Assembly: GCA_000004695.1 (NCBI GenBank)
Contig: CM000153.2
Location: 1,696,001-1,760,000 of the forward strand
Direction of reading: 5' to 3'
Source of the DNA: Dictyostelium discoideum
Taxonomy: Eukaryota
DNA length: 64,000 nucleotides
Part shown: positions 16,491 to 32,696 of the stretch, piece by piece
How the letters are laid out: every line of letters begins with the position of its first letter
Numbering within the stretch: the first letter of the stretch is position 1
Made by a program: the position numbers and the translations under genes
Notes under the pieces: model-generated
Seen by the model: only the letters and a program-made list of their open reading frames with translations
What the model was told of the DNA's origin: nothing
Databases searched by the model: none

Positions 16491-18131
16491 TTAACTTTCA
16501 AAATAAACTTGAAGTAAACTATCTTCAGCAGGTACACCAACTCTTAATACCATAGTACCTAACATACTTCTACAACCTTGACCAGTATGAACATAAAGAT
16601 AATTATTACCATTTCTCCAAAGTGAATAATCTGGAATACCAGTGATACCAACCATTGTTAATGAGAGTAAATCTGAACGAATACCAATTTGACCACCATG
16701 AGTATGACCAGAGAAAGTGATACAACCATAATCGGTTGGAATGAATTTAAAAGAACCAGGATCATGAAGTAATGCAATTCTTGGTATACCTTGGATGGGT
16801 GGATAAGCAGAACAAACCTCATGGATATGTTGTTGTCTTGCTTTATTTCTATAGTCAAAACCAGTGATTTGAATTTTGCCAATACGAGTTTCAACCAAAA
16901 CACTTTGATCAATTAAAAGTGGACATTGAATCGTCTTTAAAGCTCTCTCTAAAATTTCCATACAACCTTCCTCTAAATCATGATTTCCAACACAAGCGAA
17001 AACCTTTCCATGTGGTAGTTTCTTTAATGGTGCCAATGCTATCTCCAAGGTATTCTCTGGATTGAATGATTCGGATGTAAAGAAATCACCAGTTAATAGT
17101 ACTAAATCTGGATTTAATTTAACGGTACTCTCACAAATCTCTGTTAAACGTTCACATGACATCATTGGACCTAAATGTGGATCTGCGATTTGAATGATCG
17201 AGAGTGGTTGTTTAAAGTCTACAATTTGCTCATTGTGATCTGATAATGGTTGGATTTTAACACGTTTTAATGATTTCTTTGGTGTTATCAATTGTTCATT
17301 CTCCATCTCTTCATTTGATGATGTTTTCAAATAGATGTCTTTTACTTGCCATTTATTTGGTGGACGTGTTATAAGTGTTTGATATAACCCGATTATACTT
17401 AACACCAATGGTATTAACATTATAAACATACCAACCAATGATGGAATGAATGGTACAACCAAATAGAATGGTATCGATAGTATCATTGTTGTGAAGAATA
17501 CCGATGATGGATACGACACTAAATATAAATAAAGTTTTGGACGCATTTTACATTTTGATAATACTAAATGTTGAATGTAAACAGTTGAGTGTAAATAAAT
17601 CAATATGAGCAATGGTAGCCACATAATGCCTCGGTATCTATACCCACTGACAGCATTGTTCTCTTGATCCACCACAAAGAATGGTCTTAAAATGTACATT
17701 GAAAAAAGTATGTTGTAAAGTGAATAGAATGAAAATGATACTGCCATTAATGCAGTGATACCTTTTGATCTTATAAATGGGGAGAATCCCTTCTTCCTAT
17801 AGAAATATATTAAAATTGGTACCAATATCAACCATGATGGTAATCCAAATATATAAAATGGTAATGTTAATCTTCCTTTAACTCTTGCTGCCAATACAAA
17901 TGAAATCGTTGGTAATGATATTGCCAATAAAACAATTACTATCTTTGCAAATTTACTAACTGGATGTCCAATTGATTTCTCTGTTTCTTTATTTAAATTA
18001 CATTTTGCTTCAATATATTTATATGGTTGATTTGATTGATCTGTTGTTGTTGTTGTTGTTGTTGTCGATGGTTCATCCCATTCTTTCATTAAAGACATTT
18101 GTTGTTGTTGTTTTTCTTTTCTATTTTTCAT
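16491..18131 (-). CDS. multi-pass transmembrane protein with C-terminal calcineurin-like metallophosphoesterase domain (TMPPE-like), 546 aa
   Basis: Single exon. The N-terminal half has 6-8 hydrophobic helices. The C-terminal half carries metallophosphoesterase motifs: IADPHLG, GDFF, GNHD, GHTHGG. Confidence 0.75.
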   Translation of the reverse strand: MKNRKEKQQQQMSLMKEWDEPSTTTTTTTTDQSNQPYKYIEAKCNLNKETEKSIGHPVSKFAKIVIVLLAISLPTISFVLAARVKGRLTLPFYIFGLPSWLILVPILIYFYRKKGFSPFIRSKGITALMAVSFSFYSLYNILFSMYILRPFFVVDQENNAVSGYRYRGIMWLPLLILIYLHSTVYIQHLVLSKCKMRPKLYLYLVSYPSSVFFTTMILSIPFYLVVPFIPSLVGMFIMLIPLVLSIIGLYQTLITRPPNKWQVKDIYLKTSSNEEMENEQLITPKKSLKRVKIQPLSDHNEQIVDFKQPLSIIQIADPHLGPMMSCERLTEICESTVKLNPDLVLLTGDFFTSESFNPENTLEIALAPLKKLPHGKVFACVGNHDLEEGCMEILERALKTIQCPLLIDQSVLVETRIGKIQITGFDYRNKARQQHIHEVCSAYPPIQGIPRIALLHDPGSFKFIPTDYGCITFSGHTHGGQIGIRSDLLSLTMVGITGIPDYSLWRNGNNYLYVHTGQGCRSMLGTMVLRVGVPAEDSLLQVYFES

Positions 18132-18782
18132 TCATAGAAATAATCAAAATATTTTGATTATATTTTAAAAAATAGTATTTATATATATTTATTTAATTTT
18201 TGTTTAATTAAAAATATAAAAATAAAAAAAAAAAAATAATTGCGACCTTGGGTTTTTTTTTTTGTTTTTTTTTTTAAATTTTCAGAAAAAAAAAAAAAAA
18301 TAAAAATAAAAATGAAAAATAAATAAAATTAAAATAAAATAAGATAAATTATTAATTCTTTGAAGCATTTATTTTATAAATAAAACAAATTATTGTTTAA
18401 TTTTAATTTTAATTTTTTTATTTTTTTATTCTTTTAAAAATTTTATTTTGATTATTTAAACATTTAAAAATTTTTTATTTTATTTTTTTCTTTTATTTAG
18501 GTAAAGTAGGAACTCATATTGACTAGATAATTTTAAAAAATAAATAAATAAATAAATAATAAATAAAAAATAATAATAATAAATAATTAAATAAAAAAAT
18601 AAATAATAAAGGTAATTAAAAATATATCTAGATATTTTTTATTCGTGATTATTTATTTTTCAAAATGGAAATTTAAAAAAATTAATATTTTTTTTTTTTT
18701 TTTTTTTTTTTCATTTTTTTTTTTATTTTTAATTTTTTTTATTTTTTTAAACTGTTTTTCACACTGATCACAACTTCAGTAA

Positions 18783-20647
<1,865 letters not shown>

Positions 20648-20706
20648 ATAAATAAATGCATGTTACATTATAATTAAAACAATAAAATAAAACTGGAAAA
20701 GAAGAA

Positions 20707-20737
<31 letters not shown>

Positions 20738-21118
20738 TTAATTAAATTTAATTTAATTTAATTTAATTATTACATATAGTTTTATTTTATTTTAAAAAAA
20801 AAAATAAAATAAAATAAAAAAAGTTTACCAAATATTAATTTATTTTAATTGATTAATTTTTTTGATTTTTTTTTTGATTAAAAAATATTCAATCCAATCC
20901 GGATTAAATCAACCAATTCCACGAAATAAACGATTTTTTTATTTTTTTATTTTTTAATATTTATTTTTTTTTTTTTTTTTTTTTTTTTTCCCAATTTTTT
21001 CACTCAACAAATCTCTAAATAAAAAAAAAAAAATACTACACACATATATATATTTATTTAATATATTTATTTAGATGTTCTAATGTTGTATATATATATA
21101 TATATATAAAATTTATAA

Positions 21119-21892
21119 ATGATAATATATTTAAGAACTGATGGATATTATAGTGGCAAAGAAAAGATATCAATAGTAAATGAAAATGTTAGATCAAAAT
21201 TAATTAGATGTAGAAGTTATGTAGTTGACAAATATTCAGATAAACAATTATTATTTTTAAATGGTAAAGTATTGAATGTGCATAAATCATTCTCAGAGAA
21301 TAACATTAAAGAAGGTGATGTAATAGAATGTTCAATGTTTCCATTGGCAACAGTTATCATTCATTATTTAGAACGTAAAATCATTGAACAATGTAAACAA
21401 ATGAAGACATCTGAACCCCAATCTTATTTCAATATGGGTACACTTAGGAAAAATTTAAGAATGGTTAGTGATAATTTCGATAAAATTAAATCTTATCAAT
21501 CTGATGGTTTAAATGGTTTAAAATTATTATTTAAAGATAATGGTAGTATGTATTATTCAATATTTTCATTTTACCTCTATTAATTATCCTACCCCCATAC
21601 TAATAATACCAATAAACAAAAAAAAAAAAAAAAAGTTTCACACAATGAAATTCAAGAGATTTACTTTAATTATGAAACTTTTGATATGCCTCAAAAAGAT
21701 CCATTGGATCATTTTATATCTAGAATTTATAATAAAACCACATCAACAACATCAATACCAATAGCCTTACCACTTACTAAAAAACCAATTATTAATAATA
21801 ATAATGATGATAGTGGGATAATTGTAAATTTGGACGATAATAATAGTGATGATGAGAGAACACCATCCTCACAGTCATTTTCGACACCTAAA

Positions 21893-21962
<70 letters not shown>

Positions 21963-22687
21963 CATATTCAACACCACAAAAACAACAAGCTCAACCTCAG
22001 CAACAATCATATTCAACACCACAAAAACAACAAACTCAAGTTCAACAACAATCATATTCAACACCACAAAAGCAACAAACTCCTCAACAGCAACAAACTC
22101 AAGTTCAACAACAATCATATTCAATACCACAAAAACAACAAGCTCAAGTTCAACAACAATCATATTCAACGCCACAGAAGCAACAAACTCCTCAACAGCA
22201 ACAAGCTCAAGTCCAACAACAATCATATTCAACGCCACAAAAGCAACCAACTCCTCAAGTTCAACAACAATCATATTCATCAACACCACAAAAGAATACA
22301 AGTTTTGAATTAGATAGTTATTTTGATGTTGATAATGAACTAGAAGTCTTTTCACAACCACAAACACCCTCTCAACAATCTGATAAATCGAAAACAGTTA
22401 TTTCACCTATATCAACACCTAAAAGCAAAATCTCTTTAAATGATTTCTCACTCATTAGTCCAATTTTGAAACACAGTACCAATAAAAGTGACTTGAAAAA
22501 GAACAATAGTTTTGATAAAGACATTGACTTTTTTGAAAATAATTTTAATATAAATGTAAATAGTTTAAATAATAGTCTTGGTAGTAGTCAAAATAGTGCA
22601 ACTATTTCGAATAGCAGTAGTCAAAATAGTATCACTGTCTCCCCAAATAACAGTTCAAATTGTATCAATAACGATAATAATAATAAC

Positions 22688-22718
<31 letters not shown>

Positions 22719-22960
22719 TCAGTAATAATTCTCTTGGGAAGAGACCCCTTTCACTATTCACTTCGACAACATCTAATAAAAAACAAACCACAACAACAAC
22801 TACCACTACTACAACCACCCCTACATCTACAACACCTACCAATAAAAAAAATATAACAGATTATTTTTTAGATGATTCCGAAGATGAAGATATTTTTGTA
22901 TCTTCATTATCTTCACAATCTTCCATGTCAAATAAATCAAATTCATCATTAAATAATTCA

Positions 22961-23025
<65 letters not shown>

Positions 23026-25226
23026 TAATTGTAAAGGAGGAAATTCAGATTTAGATTTTTTAGATGATTTCGATTTCGGTTATGAAGATGAAGAGTTCAT
23101 GTTTGATGAATATTCAATTAAAAAAAGTAGAAATGAACTCTCTTCTTCTTCTTCGCAACCATTTATAAATACATGTATAACTACTTCTACAAAAATAACA
23201 TCAACAAATTCAAATAAATTATTATCAAAATCAGAATCAAGTTTAGATACTTTACTTTTCAAAAAACCAAAAACACCTCAAAAAAAACAGAAACACATTT
23301 CTTCACCTTTGCTTCACTCATCTCAACCAATCCCTTTAACAATGGATTCATCACTTTCAAAAGATATTAAAAATTCATTGATACCAATAAAAACTCAACC
23401 AATAACAACTACCACTTCCACTACCACTACTAATAGTAATACAAATACTACCAATAATAATGATAATAGTATAATAAAAATAGAAAAACCATTTAAAAGA
23501 TTAACAAATGGATCAATACCACCAATATTAATATTAAATGCACCACTACCAAATAGATTTAAATTTAAAAGTAATTTATTAGATTTTAAACCAACATTTC
23601 AATATCCACCATTTTCATTATTGATTTCATTATCAGAGCTAAAGACATCAAAAGGTATAAAGACAGTATCAGTAAAAGAGATTATGGAAGGAGGTCAAAA
23701 CTATACCACTCTATGCGATACTCGTAATCCTGAATTTTCAATTGAATTAAAAACACCAAAATTTGCAATTACCAATACATTGATGGTTAATGATTGTTTA
23801 GAATTGGAGGAAGGTAAAGAAGATTCATTCTATATCACTGATTTAGGTTATCGTTATGCTAGAATATTTCAAGATTATCATAATGATTATTTAGAATTTT
23901 GTAAAGTAAACTCTTTAAGAATTAATGTTGCTCAAAATGATGTAACCATTGTAATTGATTCATCAGAGAAATTATCAAATGAATTTAAAAGAAACTTTAA
24001 TGAAATGGGTATAAATTCAATTAATACTTTTCAATTACCATCTGCTGATTTTATTTTCTTAAAAAAGAATTCAAATAATAATAATAATATCAATAATAAT
24101 AAGAATCATTCATTCTTTAATAATAATAATATTTATGATATTGATAGTGGTGGTAATGCATTAATGTTTCCATATATAATTGAAAGAAAAACTTGGAAAG
24201 ATTTAAGTGCATCAGAAAAGGATGGTCGTAATGCTAGACAAATGACAAAGATGAAAGCTTATGGTAAATTAAAAGGTAGATTCTATTTGGTTGAAGGTGA
24301 ACCTTCAAATTATAATTCAGAATATCAAGTTACAACAATTGAAGAATTAAAAAAGAGATTAGATCTTTTAACTACTGCTGATAATTTTACAATCATTAAA
24401 ACAAATTCACCCTATGATACAACTCGTCAAATTGCTATAATTGCAAAAATGTTATCAACTGATCCAATTTTATCAAATCCTTCAAATTTATTATTATATA
24501 ATGATTTTAAAGATGCTGTAACTAAATCAAATTATGAAAAATATCATCAAAATAATAATATTAATATTAATAATATCAACAATAATATCAATAATAATAA
24601 TCCAATTATGGAATTAGCATTAACACAAATGGCTGATCAAACTGATTTATCAGTTATAGAACATTCAAAATCTAAATCTGAAAAAATATGGTTTCAAATG
24701 ACAATTGATCAATTTAAAGAGTATATTCTATCATCAGATTATAGAGATCAAATTAGAAATACAATGAATAATAATGAATATAGTTCAAAAAGAAAGATTC
24801 TTATTATAAATGAATTTAATAAATTTAAAGTACAACAACAGAAATCTCATAATCAATTATTTCAAGATTACCTTTATCAAAGATATAATAATAGAAGTGT
24901 AAATAATATTTCTAAAAGTTTTAGAAATGAAAAAAGTTTATTACTCTCTGATTATTTAGATAATGATATAATTAATCATTATCTATTACAATTGATTCTA
25001 CATTTTAATCTTCAAATATTTATTCAATTTCATGATAGTGAACGTGGAAATGTTGAATCATTTTCATCATTTTCAAAATCAATTGAAAAAGCAATTCAAC
25101 TAAATCAAGATTATCAACACAATCTAAAATTTAAAACTATATTTGCCAAAACAATTCCAGTTTTTAGATCGATAAAACAACAAAGATTAGAAGATTCAAT
25201 TAATTATAGAAATGAATTAGAAAATT

Positions 25227-25299
<73 letters not shown>

Positions 25300-25366
25300 T
25301 AATAATAATAATAATAAAAATCAATTTAGTTATATTGATGATATTATTGATTTAGATGATGATTAA
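21119..25366 (+). CDS. mus81: Mus81-type ERCC4/XPF-family endonuclease with a long low-complexity N-terminal extension; about 1384 aa; 2 exons bridging an in-frame stop
   Basis: Proposed exons 21119..21542 and 21636..25366. The 93-nt intron GTAGTA..aaaag removes the single in-frame TAA at 21581 that separates ORF 21119..21583 from ORF 21686..25366 (same frame). Nuclease core: VTIVIDSSEK .. ADFIFL .. GGNALMFPYIIERKTWKDLSASEKDGRNARQMTKMKAYGKLKGRFYLVEGE, close to Mus81 [39 protein letters not shown]. The N-terminal part has a possible beta-grasp-like segment, polyQ, and about 8 tandem copies of a roughly 13-aa QQSYSTPQKQQ(A/T)QVQ unit (21963..22300). Confidence 0.7.
21895..22300 (+). repeat. coding (CAA)n polyQ followed by about 8 tandem repeats of roughly 39 nt (QQSYSTPQKQQxQVQ)
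   Basis: Periodic tcatattcaacaccacaaaaacaacaa..ctcaagttcaacaacaa units. Overlapping ORFs 21846..22313 (+) and 21888..22367 (-) are alternative-frame readings of this repeat. Confidence 0.85.
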
Positions 25367-25452
25367 AAAATTAAAAAATAATAATAAAATTAATTGTAAA
25401 TTTGTAAATATATTCATATACGTATGTAAAAATAAGTAAAAAAACTTACCAA

Positions 25453-25674
25453 TTAATTGATTTTGTAAAGTTTTTGATGATGTTGTAATTGTTGATGTTG
25501 TAGTTGTTCTTGGACATCTGGTTGGCTTTGACCAATTGACTCTTGTTTTTTTAATTTTTGTTCTTGGAAATTGATGTATTTCTTTCTATGTGTTGTTGTA
25601 GTCGTTGTCATCAAAAGGATTTTATTGAAGAAATGATCAAGATGCATTAAAGGTGAAAGACAATATGTTGCCAT
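25453..25674 (-). CDS. small ORF (73 aa) 87 nt downstream of mus81 on the opposite strand, abutting the GC-richer island
   Basis: Reads MATYCLSPLMHLDHFFNKILLMTTTTTTHRKKYINFQEQKLKKQESIGQSQPDVQEQLQHQQLQHHQKLYKIN. ATG start. No homolog recognised. Confidence 0.2.
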   Translation of the reverse strand: MATYCLSPLMHLDHFFNKILLMTTTTTTHRKKYINFQEQKLKKQESIGQSQPDVQEQLQHQQLQHHQKLYKIN

Positions 25675-25679
25675 TCAAA

Positions 25680-26250
25680 AATATGATTACGAACTACTAA
25701 AACACCATCCTTTAAATTTGAATTACATTGTTATAAACTTAAATGTAATGATGCCAAAGGTATTGGTAATCTCCACAGAATATCTATTAATTAATAATGT
25801 TGTAGAATATCAACTAATAGATTTTCTATAAGATTATCAATGATCAATTTACCTTTGGCATCATTACTTTTAAAGCAATTCCAATCACACGTTTCCTAAT
25901 TTGTGGGTAAAGAATTGACCAACTGGGACTTAAAAGGAATGATTGCATTCAGCTTGAAATGGTAGTCCTATGTATCTTATCCATCTCTATTATGGTTTAA
26001 AATTTTTTTTCTAACATCATCCCATATTTACCATCAGTTCAATTCAAATGATGGTAGTCTAAACTTTTGAAGATTTTAAATGCAACTGGATCAAGACCAT
26101 GACAACTGCGATTGAAAATCTTCCAAAGTCTAAGACTACCATCCTTTGTTCTTAACTCACTAAAAAAACATGGGATGGTGTAGGCAGTTTTAGGAGCAGC
26201 AGTGGTAAAGCTGTAGTAGCAGCGGCAGTAACACCAGTAGTATAGGTAAC
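25680..26250. other. GC-richer non-coding island with nested imperfect inverted repeats (candidate structured ncRNA or MITE-like relic)
   Basis: gtaatgatgccaaaggta (25746..25763) and tacctttggcatcattac (25851..25868) are exact reverse complements about 85 nt apart. A second imperfect pair, ggtagtctaaacttttgaagatttt / aaaatcttccaaagtctaagactacc, lies around 26055..26145. A local palindrome ccatcagttcaattcaaatgatgg is also present. No long ORF on the + strand. Confidence 0.35.
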
Positions 26251-26388
26251 ATGTGTTGAAGAATATTTATTTCCATTATCATTTGTATCTGGTTTATTTC
26301 TTTGGTTACCATTAATTTTCAACCTAATATTTTTTAGATCTACAAATATTCAAGCAAGAAGATTTTCTGTTGCACCATTAATAACAGA
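26246..26388 (+). pseudogene. degenerate paralog copy of the small TM-protein exon at 27012..27169
   Basis: Reads ..EEYLFPLSFVSGLFLWLPLIFNLIFFRSTNIQARRFSVAPLITECKKKYKK*, versus ..EHDYPFSLTFIIMGVFVWLPFLFNIVYIRSPNIHARRIAFASMILA in the second copy. About 75% DNA identity with a frame-preserving 3-nt indel. Copy 1 has GAATGT where copy 2 has the GTATGT donor and runs into a stop. No in-frame ATG. Confidence 0.3.
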
Positions 26389-26789
26389 ATGTAAAAAAAA
26401 ATATAAAAAATAAAATATAAAATAATATATTAAAATTTCTTCTTTATTCTTTTACAAAAAGATTTGTTAATACTATGAAGATTATTCAATCTTTTTTTTT
26501 TTTTTTTCTTTACTTTATTTATTTTAGTTTCACCAATTTTATTTTTTAATTATGTTGTAATGTTAATATATCCAATGAGAATCATATACTTTGTAACAAT
26601 TTTCTTCTAAATATTTATTTTTTTTTTTTTTTAACCACAACCACCATTTTTATTTTTACTTTGGATTATTAAATAAACTTGTTTTTACATCTACCATTTT
26701 TTGGTTTTCCAACATCCAAAAATTAATAAAAATTTTATTTGTAAACTATCCTTTTTCCTTTTTTTTTTTTATTTATTTATTTTGCTTTT

Positions 26790-26842
<53 letters not shown>

Positions 26843-27011
26843 CCATTGATATTCAATCTTTAGTTTTTTTTTTTTTTTTTAATTTTAATAATTTTTTATA
26901 ACTATATATATAAAATTAATGATTCTAGAAAATTTGATATTGAGAGTACACATGGAGCAAGCCCAGAATTTAAAAAAGGAAATGAAATTTGTAAAAATAA
27001 ATTTAAATCAG

Positions 27012-27329
27012 AATCAAATCCAAAAGAATTTGAACATGATTATCCATTTTCATTAACATTCATAATAATGGGGGTATTTGTTTGGTTACCATTCCTTTTC
27101 AACATTGTATATATTAGATCACCTAATATCCATGCAAGAAGAATTGCATTTGCTTCAATGATACTTGCAGTATGTATACAAAATAATAATAAAAAAAAAA
27201 AAAATTAAAAAACTAACAAATATTAAATTATATTAAAAAAAACAGGGTATTTATTTCATTGCTATTATCTTTACTGTCGCAATTGCTGGATGTGCCTTTT
27301 TCTACTATTCCTCTGATAACACCATTTAA
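27012..27329 (+). CDS. small two-helix membrane protein (3' exons only; start exon not found)
   Basis: Exon ..27169 (..SNPKEFEHDYPFSLTFIIMGVFVWLPFLFNIVYIRSPNIHARRIAFASMILA|GTATGT) plus exon 27246..27329 (GIYFIAIIFTVAIAGCAFFYYSSDNTI*). The frame is open from 26864 with no ATG, so an upstream micro-exon is expected. Coding is supported by amino-acid-level conservation with 26246..26388. Confidence 0.35.
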
Positions 27330-27376
27330 AAACTAAATAAATAAATTATAATTTTTATTTAATTAATTAAATGTTT

Positions 27377-27410
<34 letters not shown>

Positions 27411-27674
27411 TATAAAATTCAATTTTAATTTTAATCAATCTATATTTTTTTTTTTTCTAAAGTATGTTTGTAACTAATTTGTTTTTGAACAATGAAAAAA
27501 AAATTAAAAAAAAAAAGATAAAATTGTTTGTGTATATTAATAAATGGGAATAAAATTTTTTTTTACTATTTTTTTTTTTTTTTTTTTGTGAGTATGTAAT
27601 TTTTTAATTTATTTAAAAATATTTTTAATAAATCAAAATTGAACAATTTGTTTTCTTTTGAGATAATTAAAAAT

Positions 27675-29068
27675 TTAAATGTGATTATCAGTAGTATTAA
27701 TTGGGAAATCAAGATTAATATTATTTTCATCAACTAATAAACCAGATTCATTCAATTTAATGAAATTCTTTTTTTCATTTCTTTTCTTTAAGATAATTTT
27801 AATTGTCATTGCAACACCTAAAACTAACAAGATACCAATGAATATTACAATGATTGGAATTACAACTTTTTCTTCATTTTTAATTGTCTTATCTGGTGTT
27901 GTTGATAATGGTTCAATTTGACTACCACCCCTTGCAATTAAACTATGAATTAAAAATGTTGTTGCTGTTGTTTGATTGTTGTTATTTTTAAAGTTTAATG
28001 TGAATTGGTCAAATTGTTGAGTTACGTTCATTTTAATATTATAAATTATTAACTTTTCATTGGATGCTGAATATAGTAAAATAAAAGCTGGATTTTCACT
28101 TGGTATAATATTTGAAATATTAAAATTTAATTGAAATAATAATAATTCTGATGATAATGGTTGTTGTTCATTCATTAAATTGATTGAGAAAACTGAATAT
28201 TGATTTGATGTTGTATTGTAAAAACTTGTGAATATTGTTTTATTAAATACACCAATTATATTATTGTTTGTAAATTTAATTAATTGAGAATTACTTTGAT
28301 TTCCTGAAAAACCAATCCTTAGAATTTCATTGGTTGATAATGATGCAATATAATAATCTTGGGATAGTTTATCAAAATAAGTCATTGTGTCATTTAATTG
28401 CAATGTTTTATTTAAATTAACAAATTGAATTATTTCTGAATCTGCAATTACTATTACTTTATTCATATCTAAAAAACCTGTTATTTGATAATTAATTACT
28501 GAATTTTCTAAACATTCTTTATCATTTTTCTCATTTATAATATTAATTATTGGATTGTAAATATCTTTAATTCCCGTTCTTTTTCCTTGAAATTCTGTTG
28601 AAAAATTAAATTTTTTTATTTCATTATTGTTTAATGAAATAAATGAAATATCATTTTCAAAATTACTTTTATTAAAATTATTTATTAAAATCTAAAATTA
28701 GAGAAAAAAAAAAAAAAAAAAAAAAAAAAATTAGTACCAAAGTATTTTTTAATATAAATTACAAAGTGAATAAAAAAAAAAAAACTTACAGTTTCACTAT
28801 TTATAATATTCATTAATGTTTCAAAAATATTTTCATTATTTACAAAATTAAAATTAAATAATTGAATGGTTGTAGAATTATTTTTAATATCAGTTCTTGT
28901 TATAATGTGATTAGTTACATTTTTTGCATCGGTTTGAATCGAATAAATTGATGTTGGTGCTAAAAACAAACCATCTTTCATATACTTGCAACTAAAATTT
29001 TCATTACATTTTGAAAAATCAAAACTTAATAATAGTATTAAAAATATTATTACCAAATTTGATTTCAT
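27675..29068 (-). CDS. type I transmembrane glycoprotein, lineage-specific; 2 exons, 431 aa
   Basis: Exons (minus strand): 29068..28790 (signal peptide MKSNLVIIFLILLLSFDFSKC, donor ACT|GTAAGT) and 28691..27675 (acceptor ttttag|ATT); phase 0. Many N-x-S/T sequons. One TM helix VVIPIIVIFIGILLVLGVAMTIKIIL, then a short basic cytoplasmic tail. The upstream part of ORF 27675..28466 (before its M) is also exon. Confidence 0.65.
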
Positions 29069-29201
29069 TCTTTTTTTTTTTTTTTTTTTTCTTAATCTTT
29101 TTTTTTAAAAAAAAAAAAAGAATAAGACACAATATTATTAATTAAATTAATTAATATATGTAAGGTGTGTGTGAAATTATGTGTAGAAAAAAAAAAAAAT
29201 A

Positions 29202-29237
<36 letters not shown>

Positions 29238-29960
29238 AAAATAAAAAAAAAAAAAGACAAATTAGTGAAATGGTCAGAAAGTTGGAGAAATCGATAAGCC
29301 ACAAACTGATTTTTTTTTTTTTTTTTTTTTTTTTTATGAAAAGTTTTTTATTTTTACAAATAAAAATCACAAGATATCAAATTGCATTTATTTTCTTTTT
29401 ATTTTGAATTTTTATTTCTATTTTTATTTATATTTTTTTTATTTTGGTTAATATTTGCAGTTTAGATTTAAAAAAAAAAGTTGTTATCTAAATTAAAAAT
29501 CAAAGTCAAAAATTTAATAAATAAAATTAAAATTTATTTGTTTTTTCTAAATAATTCCAATGGAATTTAGACATTGTATAAAGGATTCCAATTTAAATTG
29601 AACAATAATAAACCTAAAATGATTTTTATAATTATTTAATTATTTAATTAAAAAAAAAAAATAAAAAAAAAAAAAAATGAATGAACGTTCATTTTTTTTA
29701 AATTATATATCATTTTGTGTGTGTTTGGGTGCTCTATTTTTATACTAAATTCACATACATATAAAAATAAATAAAATTAATAAATGATTGTTAAAAAAAA
29801 AGATATGAAAAAATAAAAATGAAAATATTTTTTAAGTGAAAATAGAAAAAAAAATAAAAAAAAAAAAGTTTGTCAAATGATTAGTTCTTTTTTATCCTTT
29901 TATTTTCATGTTTATTTTTTTTTTATTTTTTTCTATTTATTTTATTTATTATTAAAATGA

Positions 29961-31775
<1,815 letters not shown>

Positions 31776-31839
31776 TTTGTGGTTATATTTTTATTTTCAT
31801 TTTTATTTTTATTTTCATTTTTTCTTTTTTTTTTTTTTT

Positions 31840-31870
<31 letters not shown>

Positions 31871-32696
31871 TTAATTACAACGAACAAAAATTTTCAGGAA
31901 AAAAAAAAAAATTTCCAAAAAATTTAATTTACAAATTTTTAAGATGATTTAGAAAAATTATTAATAAAAAATGGATAGTTTTGAAATGATTAGAACTTTG
32001 AATTTTAAGAAAATTTTTTTTCTTTTTTTTTTTTTTTTTTTTTTAATAATAAAAATTCTCACTCTCTCATAAAATTTAATTTATCATCCCAATTCTTTTT
32101 ATATTTTTTACTTTCTAAAAAAAAAAATAAAAAAAAAAAAAAGAAATAAAAAAACCTATTTTTGTAATCTGTTTTTTTTTTTAAAAAAATAAAATTAAAA
32201 AACAACTAAATAAAAAAAACACTATTCGAATGATCATTGTTTTTGAATTATTTTTGAACACACACACTAAAATAATAAAAAAAAAAAAAAAAAAAAAAAA
32301 AATTTAAAAAAAATAATAAAACAAAACCCCCTAAAATACACACACACACTCACTCACATAATTTTTTTTTTTTTTTTTTCTTATTTAATTTTATTTTTTT
32401 TTTAATTAAATTAAAAAAATAAAAATAAACCAAATAAATAAATAAATTAAAATTTTTTTTTTTTTTTTTTTTTCCAAACAAATTTATAACACTAAATTAA
32501 TATTTTTTTTTTTTTTTATTTATTTATTAAAGGTTTATTTTAAAAATAATCATATATATATATAAAGTAATAAACATAATAAATTATATATATATAATTA
32601 AATAAAAAATTTAAAAATAGATAATCTAATTTTTTTTTTTTTTTTTTTTTTTAATTATTTTTTTTTAATTATTTTTTTAATTTTAATAGGTATAAA

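Noticed and set aside
21846-22367. ORFs 21846..22313 (+) and 21888..22367 (-) (HIQHHKNNKL.. / VVELEFV..)
   Set aside because: Alternative-frame and antisense readings of the CAA-rich tandem repeat inside the Mus81-like CDS.
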